DNA of 64,000 bases from Eledone cirrhosa (Eukaryota): the NCBI GenBank assembly GCA_964016885.1, contig OZ024740.1, positions 375,720,001 through 375,784,000 of the forward strand. The letters run 5' to 3'. The notes below the pieces were generated by a model. The model did not search any database and was not told where the DNA came from. It saw nothing but the letters and a program-made list of their open reading frames with translations. This document shows positions 31,070-44,918 of this stretch, one piece after another (the first letter of the stretch is position 1; each line of letters opens with the position of its first letter). The position numbers and the translations under genes were made by a program.

Positions 31070-33058
31070 ATTTAATGTTCGGAATGCTTCGTTTTATATA
31101 AATCAAAGTTATATATTTACTTGAAGCAGGCTGGCGGAGAGATGTACTGTTTTCAAAAGATTCTAAATGGTTTGTTTATAGTTTCATTTGATGTAAAACA
31201 TATATTACCTCTTTATCGGTAGTTATGCATTTCTTCAGTTCCAAGAAAGTCTATTTGTATGTAGCTCCGACATCGATTACTTTTAATCTTAGAAACTATT
31301 TATCTTCTCAATTGAAGGTTTCCCTAATATGTATTTAAGGCAGATAATAAATGACCATCTATTATTTATCTTGTGACATTTTACTGTAAATCTTGTCATT
31401 TTATTTTGGCTGATTTGGAAACTGTTCTTTCTTTCCATGCTTATTCGTAGAACTTATTTTGTACAGCAATAATATCTCTTGGTGTGTGATTGAATGTTTT
31501 CTTATTAATGATTTATTATCGAATCTGTCCTCTATAATATATTTTCTTTACTATTAACTATTACCCTATTACCCATCACGAATTTCTAAGACCTTTTCTA
31601 ATGTGTGTTGAAATATAATACCTCATTATTTTCCAGTAAGGTTTTGGGTATGTTTGTAATTGAAAATTTTGCCTGAATAGTGTACGTTCCATTTTTCAGT
31701 AAGCTTTAACATGTTTTCTCGTATAAGACAAATACGTGAATCCATGCGATGCTAGATAACTCAATAAACCATTGATTACGAATGAAAAAACATGGGTGTT
31801 ATCACACCAAACTGAGAAATGTTCGCATTGCTCAGTATTTTATTATAATTCTTGTTGTTCCAACTGGAAGAACGATGAATATGGTAAATTATTTAATATC
31901 TAGTAAAACTATTGTATATGTTATTAACAGAAGAAATAATCTGTAAAATAATAATTCGATCTGAGGAGCCATCACATTTTGTCCCCGATATTCTGTGAAT
32001 ATTTCGTTTTATAATATAAGTATTTTTTCTTCAATTTGCCTTAAATTTTCTTTTATTGCCGATTTTCTGAGGTAGATGAAAACATGAATCGGTCTTCTTA
32101 ACTGATTGAAAAATACATTCAAGTTATTATGTAATATGTGGGAAACTAGAAGATAATTTAAAAAAAACATATACTTAAACAGAAAATTGAACGATCATCC
32201 ATAGCAGAAAATATTTACTACTTTTAGCGGGATGTATTCATGTTTAATTATCCCATTTAAACATTATATCACATTAAATAAAGAGAGATACACGAGCAAA
32301 GGCAAAGGGAGAACGCATGTGACAAAAGAGAAATTTATTGTCAACTATTTTTCAAATATATTTCAGTATTCATTTGACTATTTTTTAGAGTAATTTAGTA
32401 TTTTAATTATCCCATCTTACCAATGAATAATTCAGAAGAAGTACCCGATAACAATATTTTGATTTGTGAAACAAGAAAGCTGCTACAAGGAGACGTTCGT
32501 TCTAATGATGAAAACATTACAAGGTAGCGTGACTGCACAAAATAATATCTAAATCTCCCACAGATCACACTTTCACGTCTAAAGAATAAATGGCATACAG
32601 GACAATATATGTATATGTTTGAAAAATGAAAGTGCTTATGGCTTGAAAACTTTACAGATAAATCTGGTTGGCTAGGGCTAAAGTGATACTAATTAATCTC
32701 AATTAATCAGTGAATATCAAATGTAATATCCGACCTATTTTCCTTGCTGGTATACTTCTGTACATCAGGGGTATACACGGAAATTTAATCTAGTTAAAAT
32801 ATTCAATTATACTGATACAAAATTTATAATTGTCATATTTACTTGGTTTAAAACATCTCGCATTTGAATTACAAATGCAATTATCATCAGTGTATTAAAC
32901 ATTTAAAAAGAAATTATAATGCTGAACAAAAACACCCATGCAACGCTTCATTAATACATGCACCAATACACATACACACACGTTCAGCCATACATACACG
33001 TACAACGTCCCCACAAATACAGAGAAATTCATACTTTCTCTCATAGTAGCATGTCTAG

Positions 33059-33245
33059 GGCGGTGGATTGGCAGAGTCGGTAGAGGGTCGGATGCTATAC
33101 TTTGCAGTAAATAGTTACGGCCCTTTATGATCTGAGTTCAAATCCCACCGAGGTTAACTTTGCTTTTTATCCTTACGGGGTCGATAAAATAAAGTACCAG
33201 TTATACACTGGCATAATTGCTGGCCTGGTGCCAAAATTAGAAACA
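33059..33245 (+). mobile_element. tRNA-derived Meta-like SINE
   Basis: Full-length copy of the family. Confidence 0.88.
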
Positions 33246-33429
33246 ATTATTTGAAATTATTCTTTTTAATGAGAAAATCATCCGGAGAGTCCGGGCAGAT
33301 GACTAGAGTAGAAACAATTAAATATGTGTATATTTATCATATACACATCTGTGCAGGTTAGGTTACATACTCTGTATGTATATAGACATAAATCTTTATC
33401 GTAAAGTACACTTAGGCTGCTGGCGCACT

Positions 33430-33462
<33 letters not shown>

Positions 33463-33466
<4 letters not shown>

Positions 33467-33671
33467 CGAAGGAAATGTGGTAAGGAACCAGGTGGACCAT
33501 AACGCACCAAAGTACTCAATACTTGAGGTAGTAGAGTGGGTAATAGGAACCAGTAAGACCCCGACAGCTGAGCTCAAGCCGTTTCGACGGCTAATTCTGG
33601 ACTGTGTCCAGAATGTGCCCAGAATTAGCCGTCGAAACGGCTTGAGCTCAGCTGTCGGGGTCTTACTGGTT

Positions 33672-33676
<5 letters not shown>
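33463..33676. mobile_element. ~210-bp fold-back made from the two termini of the young PLE at 49145-54879
   Basis: 33463-~33600 matches 52629-~52770. 33619-33676 is its inverted partial copy. (TA)n on both sides. Confidence 0.92.
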
Positions 33677-33702
<26 letters not shown>

Positions 33703-33705
<3 letters not shown>

Positions 33706-34532
33706 ACGGCGATGAATTAATTTTGCGAGGTTTTTTATATGAAATCGTGTCGAAACAAATATTATTATACTTGGGGAGGGTCATATTTGTGTAATAATAT
33801 TGCCAGAATTAATAACAGAACGCACTCACTGTTTGGTTGGTTTTCGCTCCTGTGTCTTTTATATCGGTTAATTTAATTTATTCCGTCCTCAACGTTACCA
33901 TTGACTGACCAACGGTCAAAAATACAGATACAATATAGACACAAACACATATATATCGTCTAACAAAGTTCTTTCGTTGCACATCTGCAACATCGTCTGT
34001 GCTGCTATTATGTTTCTTCCCGTTGTATTGTATGCTTACGCCATCTTTATTCAGTCTGTTTATTTATTTATGTATTTGTTTTTTTGTCTTCTCTGCGCAT
34101 GCGTTTGCGTATGTGTATAGTGTTTTGTTTGATGTTTGTTCGTGTTTGGCTGACTGTGTATCGGTTATTGTATTCTATCTTAGTTTAATAGTGTGTGTTT
34201 ATATGTGACAAAAAAAATAAATAAATAAACAGACTAAATAAAGATGGCGTAAGAATACAATATAACGGGAGGAAACATAATAGCACCACTGACGATGTTG
34301 CAGATGTGCAACGAAAGAATTTTGTTAGCCTATATATATGTGTTTGTGTCTATATTGTATCTGTATTATTTTTGACTGTTGGTCAGTCAATGGTAACATT
34401 GAGGACCGAATAAATTAAATTAACCAATATAAAAGCCACAGAAGCGAAAACCAACCAAACAGTGAGTGTGTTCTGTTATTAATTCTGGCACTATTATTAC
34501 ACAAATATGTCCCTCCCCAAGTATAACAATAT
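33703..34532. mobile_element. Fold-back of the pseudo-LTR of the 9933-14170 PLE family
   Basis: ~33765-34075 is inverted at ~34215-34532; both match 13810-14170. The left arm has an extra tail. Confidence 0.88.
34283..34328 (+). ncRNA. Hammerhead-like motif (family E); mutated minus-strand partner at ~33958-34005
   Basis: CTGACGA 34289-34295, GTTGCA-GATG-TGCAAC, GAAA 34313-34316. Confidence 0.6.
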
Positions 34533-37356
34533 GTATATATATATACATATATGAATGTAAACATTGTTGTCTCTGATGGAGACACGGCGAAAGTATATTT
34601 GAATTCAAAGAAAAAGAGATAACTCAACGCTAGGACAGATGTTTACATTTTTTTTCTGTTTTAGTATTCTTTCGTAGTTTAATTATCACAACTTACCAAT
34701 GAATAATCCAGAATCTATAGTCGATAACAATATTTTGCAATGTGATGCAAGAAAGTTGCCACAAGGAGAGAGTTTGGTCAAGTGATGTAAACATTACAAG
34801 GTTATTTGACTGCATCTTTGTATCTTTGACCCAAGATGGCCAACTGAATACGCATGTGTGTTTTTTCCCTCCCCCGTTCCTTCTTCTCATTACTCTTTCC
34901 TTTCTATTTATCTTCTATTTCTAACTACATCTTCAGATAATGTCATATTGTCCGGAACATTAATATTCTCTTGCTGCTATTTCAAGCGTTAAAGTAACAT
35001 ATTTGGCCCATGCAATTCTATTATATATGCGTGACTAAATGGCGGAAAAATTCATTCGGTGGGATTTGGATACGAAAAGTAAAGCGTCATAATTTAATTA
35101 ACTTACTGTCCAAGGCATTAACGATTCGACTCCCCCGCCGTTTGGATACCAACATCGTTTATACAAACACACTATGAAAACCCATTTATTTTCGTTATAT
35201 TAACCTCCCTAAGCCTTCTGATCTTATTTTCATAATTCTCATTTTTAATCTCACGATCCCGAATCGTTGAACCAATATACGCTACCCATCAATGTGCCTT
35301 CTTTTCCTTTTCTGATTTTTTTTCTGTGTTATGAATTTGATTTGAATAGACATTAAGTGGTCTTTAATTTCTGAAAGTTCGCAATGATTTAAATATTCAT
35401 TTTTTCATTGAAACGAATAGCATTATATCAAAGAGTAACAAAAATTGGTGATTCATTGAAAATTTGTTGAAAATTAGAAAGCTACAATTATATATTATTA
35501 CCAGAGGATAGATTTTACACGACCAAAATCAAAGCAAGCAGCCTTTGTTGTTTAGTAATTAATTTAGTTGTCTTTGAAATATTTTCCTAAAATTCTGATA
35601 TCCGTTTACCATTTTCCCTCATTATTGTGCTGGAAGAAATGTAAATGGAACGAATAAACAAAGAAGTTATACCTTGCAACTGGTATTGAACATTTGTTCT
35701 TAATGTATTTGTAGGTATTGTCAGAAAACAACACATTTTTGCTTCAATAAAATAACACAAGGACTATTAAGTTTCTAAATGATATTATGAAATAATTGAG
35801 AGAAAATGTATAGAACCTTCTAATAATACACGTATACAATTATTAAAATATTTTCTATATTTATTGGTTATATCGGAGTTGGAATGGTAGTGACTTGACG
35901 GTTTTCAGAACTTTTGAGTTTGCTGAGATCTGTTTAAATTATCTACCAGAAGTCTCTATTAAAGGCAACCCAATGGATATGTGCTGTTGTTACATTGATC
36001 ACTTGATTACATCTACCACACTCGAAGAGGAAATATTAACATAAATGTTCAAGGCAGTTGCTGAATCCAATAACCAACAAACAATTATGTTCTACTTTAT
36101 CTAGTATAAATCAGCTTTGCTTTCTGTCTGATTCAATATGATGCTGACTGCAATAAAAGCATATATATATATACATGTCTTATTATACTTGTATTTGAAT
36201 GTATGTCACAACACTTGCGATTATGAAGCAGAGTTTTTGCACAGGGATATGGGATATGCAATATTTCTCAAACTTAACTTTCTCGAATCAGAGAGGATTA
36301 TTAAGAATATTCTATACCCCACAAGCACAGTGTGTTTCGAATAACGTATATTTTGCGAGAAAATATGAATACATTACAGAGTAAATTTTGATTTTAGGCT
36401 CTATAATAATTTGAATATTTGTTCGTGTTAATTATATAATAATATCCTGAATAGTTCTCTCATTGATGCAGAAAAAATAATTCTGTGTAAATCATTTCTG
36501 GACATAGAGCAAATTTTCAGTAACTTTTGATTGCCTACAGTGAATTCGGGCGATTATATATTTTAAACTAGTATCTAAATTTGGGAATGTTGTAGTACGA
36601 CTGCTAGATCGCATTAAAACATATTTAATAAGTATGTTAACCGCGTTTCTCTTTAAATAAGCTCAATGGACCTTAGTTCAGAGCATCAATAATTCAAATT
36701 CAAAAGATATATTTAGAGAGAGAAAAAAATCATATATCGTTTGAGGAACACATATTTAATAAAATAATATTCAGGAAAAAGTATACATACTTAAGGTGGG
36801 ATAAGTGATATCCCTGACATGACTGATTCACAATTCCAAGAGGAAGTTTAGGAAAATGGAAATCAATCCAATTAATCAATTATTCATTACTGATTATCGA
36901 TTCCGTAAAAAGGTATCAGGGGATCTCAAGCTGATTCAATTGTGACAAGAATCTCACTGCTATATCTAGCGGATGAGAAGTTCAGTTTTATTTATATCTG
37001 GGCTCGTCTTTAGACTTTTAACGCCACCATGCGGTTTGACGCTCATTCAGACTCTCACTTCTCAACATATATAAATGTATTTTGTACAATGTGGGATATA
37101 TCTATAGACAATTTCTCCTTGTCTTTGGATGGTTTATTTACCGGATTCAATAATAAGTAATCGATAATCGACTATTTGCCTAACCTTTCTCTTGGATCTG
37201 TGACACTCAAGTATGTATACATTTGCCTGAAAATTATTTACATTAAATATGTGTACAAAATATGATGTATCTTAAAAGATATGACTCTTTCTCTCTCTGT
37301 CAGAATATATCTTTTGAATTATACACACACACACACACACACATACACATATATAT

Positions 37357-37555
37357 ATGAATGAATCAAGACACTGACGGTTGAGCTCTTGCCCTTTCAA
37401 CAGCTATTTCCAGTCTGGAAGTAACTGTTGAAATGGCAGGATGTCAGCCTTCGGAATCCTGACTCATTCATATAATTATATTCTACTACCTCAAGTACCG
37501 AGTACTCTAGTTAGCGCTGGTCTAACCAGTTTCTAACAGAATCCATCCTGATTGA
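37357..37555. repeat. Older, decayed mini fold-back related to 33463-33676
   Basis: Imperfect palindrome centred on TTCCAG-T-CTGGAA (~37408-37420), with tail CTACTACCTCAAGTACCGAGTAC similar to the PLE tail. Confidence 0.6.
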
Positions 37556-38352
37556 TATATATATATATATACAAATAAATGACAAAACCCAAGGTTAACA
37601 ACTCACATTTTTTTTTATTTCTGCTTGTTTCAATAGAGTTACAACGATACATGCATAAGTAAACAACTAGAAATAATTAATTATCAATTATCAATATATA
37701 TAACTCGCATATTTTCAAATGGTTTGAAGAGTAAACAACATATCAAAACACTGAGCGTAGAGTAAACTATTATTAATGGGTTATTTTTTTTACATGAGGT
37801 TTTTTTGACAGGGCAAAGTTATAGGTGAAAGTACAATTCTAATGTCATTTCTTTTTACAATGTCATTAATTATTTCTCTTATACTGTTTGAGTAACATGG
37901 GTTGGCTGACTTGCAGGAGTGGGAAATATATAATATGTAGTTGTAGTTAGCTTTAGGTAAAAAGCATTAAGTATCTATTATTTATTTATAATGGTATTAT
38001 TAATGTTCGTTATATATTTAAAATAAAAATTGGTATTAGATGTACAGGAGTGGAACCATTTTCAAGAGGATGTAGCTAGCGCAATTAAGCGTTCCGTGTG
38101 TTACATAAAGAAAGAACATATACACATATCAATACACATCCAATTACCATTAATATCAATCAGTGTCTTTCTTATATATATAAGTTACGGCGTCTGAATC
38201 ATTAGTGGGGATAAATGAATGATAGCACCAGCTGTGTTTCATAGTACGATGTTTACTTGATATTTTCACAAATATTTCACGCTTCTATGTGAGTATATTT
38301 CCTTACTTTGAAACGTCTGTACTATATATATAAAAAGACGGATCCTCTATGT

Positions 38353-40267
38353 CAGTGGTCGCCAACCTTTCTAAAACCGAGGAACCCTCTAAATATTTTG
38401 AATTCTTCACGGAACCTATACAATACAAAACTTTTCAAAAAAAAAAGATAAAGTATTTATTTATTTTAGTGTTTCATGCGTGTGTATGTAATCTAACACA
38501 ATTAACTAGTGGCTTTTCTGCTGCTGCGCCTCATCAGTGAGTTTAGAAAATCGAGGTTCAACACTAATTAATGCCAGACTCATACACTCGTCAATTTCTA
38601 ACGGTTTATTCATCTTATTTGTGCAGATTTCTACCAACTGCGAAAACCCTTCGCACAAGTAGCTAGATGGGAATAAAGTCAAATATTTCAATGCAAGTTG
38701 GCTGATTTCATTAAACTACCCAATCAAGAATAAGTCGATCCATAGTTCTTTCTTTCTGCTTTCGAATATCACTTTCATGTCTTCGTTTGAATTCAAATCC
38801 ATCAACTGACGTAAGCATTGTGCAGGTAGTAAACTTTTACAATTTCCAGCGTCATTTTCTGACACTAACTGCTCGATCTCGGTGAACGGGTTTTTTATCC
38901 ATAAATTTCCGCTAACAATATCTTTTTCCATCAAGTCAAAATAATCTGAAAAACTTATGGAAAGCACATTTAAATGAGAAAGAATAATCTTCTTTAGATT
39001 GCTGGAGTCAAAATCTTCTCTCTTTTTAAGCTCTATTTCAAGGTTTGAAATTAATGAGTAATTGTCCGATTCAATTCTTTTTATAAAGATGTTTAATTTT
39101 GATTGAAAATATGTAATAAAATCGATTGAAGTAAAAATATCTGCATTGTTACCCTGAAGACACTTATTTAGTTTGTTCAGTTCACCAAAAATGTCTACTA
39201 AATAAGCAAGTTGCCCATTCCATTCATTGGTTTCTAATGCACTTGCTGTTTCATCATTCTGTTTTTTTAGAAAAACGATTATTTCTTTTCTCAGTTCAAA
39301 AACTCTCTTCATAGCATCCCCAAAAGACAGCCAACGCACATCATTGTTCAATCTATTATAATTACTTCCAGAAGATTCACAAATAGATTCAAACATTCTA
39401 GAATGTTTTGCTCTTGCATCGATCAAATTGATAATTTTGACAATGTCTTTCAGCTGGTCATTTAATATTTGAGCATCTCTGTCTTTGAATTTTTTTGAAC
39501 TCAAAACCTCTCGATGAATCATACAATGATTTGAAATACAATTTGGGGTCTGTTCTTTAATTTTTGCAATCAAACCAGAATGTTTACCAGTCATTGCAGC
39601 TGCTCCATCTGTTGTTATTGAAGTCAACTTGCTCCAAGATACACCATTTTTTAAAAAATACTCTTCAATTTTATTGAATATATCTTGACCTTTAGTTGTG
39701 ATGTCTAATACCAGACAAAACAAATACTCTTCCACTAATTCTTTTTTATCAAGGTCTACAAACCGTACATACCAAATTAATTGAGCCTTGTTATTAATAA
39801 CCGTAGTTTCGTGCACTTGCAAACCAAAACATGTGCTTTTCTTTAGTGCAGTTAGTATCTGATTTTCTATATCTGAAGAAATATCAATTATCCTTCTTTT
39901 TACGGTATTTGCTGACAATGGTAACTGGCTTAATTTTTCTTTGTCCTTACGGAATTCAGAAAACTATGCCTTTCCAAGAATTGATGTGAAATTGAAAGTA
40001 TTCAATTTTCACGAATCTCAGAACAGTGTCTTTCTGCTAATTCAAGTGAGAAACTAAAAGTAGTGTTTTCCACGAATTGGAGTGGCGAACCTGTGTACAC
40101 TACAATAGTACTCGTTCATTTATACATTGCACCTTTGGCATTTTCTTTGCACCTTTTTCAGAAAACCCAAAATATTAATGGAAATGTAAATATTTATTTT
40201 TTTAAGGAACCCGGAGTTTGTTTTACGGAACCCCAAGGTTCCGCGGAACCCATGTTGGCGACCACTG
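38353..40267 (-). mobile_element. hAT (Buster/Charlie-type) DNA transposon, internally deleted
   Basis: 14-bp TIRs CAGTGGTCGCCAAC / GTTGGCGACCACTG; 8-bp TSD CTCTATGT at 38345-38352 and 40268-40275; subterminal GGAACC repeats. Confidence 0.95.
38530..39918 (-). pseudogene. hAT transposase pseudogene (Buster/ZBED5-8-like)
   Basis: LSANTVKRRI, TDGAAAM, HCMIHRE, VRWLS, LAYLVDIF. The dimerisation motif FPSSYLCE.FS is frameshifted, the first catalytic Asp reads His (LQVHET), and the BED finger is missing. Confidence 0.9.
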
Positions 40268-43200
40268 CTCTATGTGGCTGCTCGTCCTGTTTGAAGTTAT
40301 AGCCAAATTTCGTCAGAGTACACCCTACCGTCTTTAAAAAATGCTGTAAACAAAATACTGTCTAAAATCGCCATAGATGCAGTGTGAAATTTATCTTGAA
40401 AAAGACACGAAAATAAAAAAAAAAGACAGAAATGGCAGGAATGTAATTTCATCGAAGATTTCTTTTTATCAGAGCTGATTTGATGCTAAAAACAATTAGT
40501 CGTTTTGACGGTTGAAAAGCAACAATATAGTGCAATAAAAATTACCATATTCTTGCAACAAACCTTATTTCCATATTTACGCAACTTGGGTAGAAATATC
40601 ACACCATTATTAAATATAATATATACTTAAACGGAACTCTGTTTGAACTTTGATAAAATATATTTATAGCAACTCGAGTCAACATATTGATTTTGATGAG
40701 AACATTTCAGCAGATGTTGTTTTACGGGGCACGTTAAATTATACAAGATTTATCGATGTAGATTTAGTGCCAATTATTTATCTTCATCGGGTATTCAATG
40801 TGTTCATCACAATCATGAAGTGTTCACATCTTACTAGAAGCAATTTCGTATGGATTTTGTCTAAAGCATTATTTTATACTTCTTTCTACTAATTGATAAA
40901 GAATAAACCATCTAAAATGCAAATAGTGTTCATCAGAATGCCATTGGTATATTGCTGACCACATAAAACTATCGATTTGATTTCATGAGGCACAACGCCA
41001 GTATTCTTAATGCCGGAATAAAATACAAATAATTGATACAGTGGAATACATTTTATGCCAAGAACAAGAAACTAAGTTTAACATTTCGCGCATAACCCTT
41101 CATCAAAGAGAGAAAATCATCTAGGTTTAATGATAAACAGAATGGCATTACTAACATAGCGATAGGAGAGGTATTGAAAGGAAGGTGGATAGTTAACACG
41201 CTTTAGTGGGGAGGTTGAACATTCCGAACGCGAATAAAAAGGCCAGCAGCGTTGAAATGCAAACCAGTTATTATAGAGTAACATAGTGTGTGGCACGTGG
41301 TTATATTGCATCTTGTCGTCAAGCAAAAGAAAGAGAGAGCGAGAGCAAAAGTAACAGAGAGATAATGTGTTGCCAAAACCGGGAAGATCACTAATCATGG
41401 GAGAACTGAATTCGTGGGGAGATGCAGAATAGGTATAGAAATCTGTAAAAATCCCGACCGCAGGTATTCTTCTTCTTCTTCTTCTTCTTCTTCTTCTTCT
41501 TCTACTTGCACTCATGCGAGATGATACTATAAATTAACTTTTAAAATATGGTGAAACCCTTAAAAACAGAAAAGGAAGTTGCTACCAGCCGATATAAATA
41601 TATTCTTATAGTCGGTTTTTATGCAGCACTTCATTTTCGTATTAGTTAGGTTATTAACTGGATGGTTACTAAGTTATAACACTTTCGTTCCATATTCTGC
41701 GATGCCTGTTTGTGTACGTGACTATGCGGGCATGTTTGTCTTTGTGTAGCATTTCTGATCCATGTTATGTGTATTTATGTTTGATATATTTTATTTCTTT
41801 CATTTTATTTGTTTTCTTTCTCTATCTCGTACATTACTAGGTGGTTATTATTCTCTTCTATATTCTATATACTGTGGGTTTATGTAAGTTTATGTACCCC
41901 ATTGTATTTATTCTTCCGTACAAGTATATTGTCATCGGTCGCTAGGTTGTAGCGCCCTTACTATTTTCTTCATGCTTTCTCTTCAGGATCTATTTGTGTT
42001 ATACGAGGGGCTTACTTAACATGTCTGAGCTTTGCGTTTGATTGGTGTGAAGATTTTGTTTTTATATCAATATCTTTTCTGAGCAACCGTTTTTTATTTG
42101 CCTGACGAGATTCCCTTGTCTTTGAGTTCCCGTCAGTAGTTCCTCATACTATGAATTCTCTTCTGATTTGTCTGGTCGCGTTTTCACATTGTTGAACGAT
42201 GAACTATATGCTATATACGGTGCTTCTAGTTCATCTTTAATCTCACCTTACAGGCTATATAAAATACATTCGGCCATCGCAGCTAAGTCTTAAAATGTTT
42301 ACACTCTGCTGATCAGGTGTTTACTTTTTAGTTTTAGTTCATCTAAAGTACTTCTAAGTAAATAGTCTAAATAGCCACTAGGTGTGGTACGATGAACACT
42401 ACACTCTTCCTTATCCAGTCTACTCTGATCACGATATGTTTCAGTGCATGTGGCATACTACATTATCATCGTTCTCTATGACAACTTTCAGTTTAAACGA
42501 GGAATTGATTAGTTATCTAATTAATAATAAACCTAAAGAAATACTCAACCAGTGTGTGTGCTTGGCCATCCAAGATTAAATCAAAATCGGGGTCAACACA
42601 CAATTACTTATCAAGAATCTTTCAAACCAAATATGAAATCAGAATATACATATTTATAATGATACTTGGTGCTTGTTTAAAATGCAATAGTACTTATAAA
42701 TATTCAAATATTACTGAATAAATATTTTATATTTTCGAGTAGAAAAGTGACAGTGACCTTTCTATAGTCCATCGTGTCTGTATGTAGACTATATATAATT
42801 TACCTGATCATACATATTTATAATTTTAGAGTACAACGGGTTGAATCGATCCATATTTATCTACTTATTTGAACTGATGGTTATGAAAAGAAATTTCGTC
42901 ATGGATGACATGAAATAGAACATAGATGTACGTATAAAAATGTGTTAAGTGCAGATGCATCATCATGGACAATATAAATTATACCATGTTATACAATAAT
43001 ATTTCTCCATTGACTGTTCAATAGTATTTTATATTTTACATATACGACAATAGAAAGGCAAAATCTTTCGTGATATGAGACCACGATGTATATTTCTGTT
43101 TCCTATTGATATTTTGCGGAAATTCACGACAGTCACGATGTCTCGATTTGTAGAATGTTTCTTGTGTCAATTGGAACAGTAAGGTATTCCGGGAGCACCA

Positions 43201-43392
43201 CATAATGATGTGATAGAAGGTCGGCGTCATGTACTAAAGCAATGAATTTCAAAAGTATTGCGAATTTTGCCATTATCTGTTTTTCTCAATTAAGCAAGCT
43301 TCCCCGCCCATGTGAGCACAAGAAACATATTACAATATAATTACATACATTAGTACGTAAATATATAATGTACACACACAAACACACACACA

Positions 43393-43459
<67 letters not shown>

Positions 43460-43464
<5 letters not shown>

Positions 43465-44680
43465 AACATGTTCAAGACCCCGACGGCAGAGCCCAAGCTT
43501 TTTCGACGGCTATTTCTGGACTAAAATAGATTTTTAGCGTGGTAATAAATAGCCGAACTTTTCAAGGGGTAATTCCTTATATGGGAAGATTATAGTTGTC
43601 AAAAGGATTGGTCAGAATTTCTTAAACACAATTAAATATTTCATGGTGGTGGGTGGGAGGTGGCGGTGGCTGAACTTGCCTGTGGGACAAGGAGGGAGTA
43701 TTTTGAGCCGGTGAATCGTTGAATGTGAATTCTATACAGCAAATTCTAAGGAGTGTGTATGAAATTAGGCTATCTAGAAAACAGGCGAAAAAAGATTCAG
43801 GAGGAATCTGCGAGTTGGAGGTTATAATATTAAAAGGTTAGTAAATTGAGATTAATAAATTAAAAAATAATTAAATAAAGATAATAATAATATTAAAAAA
43901 TTAAATAATAAAAAATAAAAAAACTAGAGTCTAAAGCAGCTGCTATATTTATAGCTGGTATTGAGCTTTCGGCCAATGGTGTATAGAATTTACTGGGGTG
44001 GGGTACGGAGGCTAGAAGCCTAATGGGCTGCCTCAAGGTAGGCGACAGAGGAAAAAGTAAAAGGAAGAGGGGAGGGAGTGGAAGGAAGTGACAAGAATAA
44101 ATAAAGGTAAAAAAGAAAAGAAGTACATCTATCTATGTATGCTGGGGTTTCCCCTGTCTTGTTCGGCAAGTGGGGAAAAGAAGGATGCTGCAGCCATTGG
44201 TTACCCATCCGGGTCATGAGAGGGTTTGAGGGCGATGTAAGTCCAGAGCAATTGATGTTTCCATGCAGTTACAAGTTCGTCTTTTTGTTTAGGAGTTGGT
44301 CCTTCGTAAACTACTTTTGTATTGTTTCCTCCGAGCATAAGTTACACGGACGGCGTCCTCCCGTGTAGGTGTTAACCTGGACAGTAAGCTCCAAATAAGA
44401 TGGTATGTTATGTTATTATCTTGGAGGTCCCAGATGTGGCCCGAAAATGTAGTGGCATGTCGCCGGGCCGGGTTTCTGAACGTATGTCGGCTTTGGTAGA
44501 GCCGGGTCTTAAAATCACAAGCGGTTAATCCTATATAGGCTGTGTTGGAGTTTTCTGTCGTCACGTTGCATTGGTAGATCACGTTACGCTCTCGGTATCT
44601 GTTGTTGAGGGGGCACATAGATCTATCAGGGCAGTTACACCTCCTGGTCGGCTCTCCATTAATGTCTAGGTTGTTTCTTC
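43460..44680 (-). mobile_element. Truncated, diverged Hydra-type PLE (GIY-YIG end + pseudo-LTR)
   Basis: ORF 44289-44618 CPLNNRYRERNVIYQC..AYIGLTACDFKTR is closely similar to the 50373-52538 protein, and the terminus is homologous to 49145-49290. Confidence 0.9.
43477..43570 (-). ncRNA. Hammerhead with U3-A8 core (family A, diverged copy; stem III decayed)
   Basis: ACCCC UUGAAAA GUUCGGCUAUUU...AAAUAGCCGUC GAAA ... GUC GGGGU. Confidence 0.65.
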
Positions 44681-44732
44681 ACGCCAATGTTTATTTGTAA
44701 TACTTTTATATGTATATATATATATGTGTGTG

Positions 44733-44771
<39 letters not shown>

Positions 44772-44877
44772 TAAACGGAAAAGATAATGCTGACAAATTG
44801 TTCACAGTGAAAAATAGTTTAATTAGGAATAAGTGAGAATTAGTAATAGTATCGGTTAGTATTCAATTTTCGTTTTA

Positions 44878-44918
44878 AGTTTTACCGGTTGCGCATTTCT
44901 AATGCTTTTCAAAAATAA
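44878..44918 (-). ncRNA. Decayed minimal hammerhead-like motif, U3-A8 core
   Basis: UUU UUGAAAA GCAU-UAGAA-AUGC GCAA CCGG UA AAA. A related 3' half (GAAA CCGG UA) lies at ~55037-55048 minus. Confidence 0.45.

Noticed and set aside
33524-33545. let-7 miRNA gene (TGAGGTAGTAG..)
   Set aside because: The match covers only the 5' half, lies in a transposon tail and has no pre-miRNA hairpin.
41070-41115. Minus-strand UUGAUGA..GAAA hammerhead-like string
   Set aside because: Unpaired U3/G8, no convincing stems I-III or NUH.
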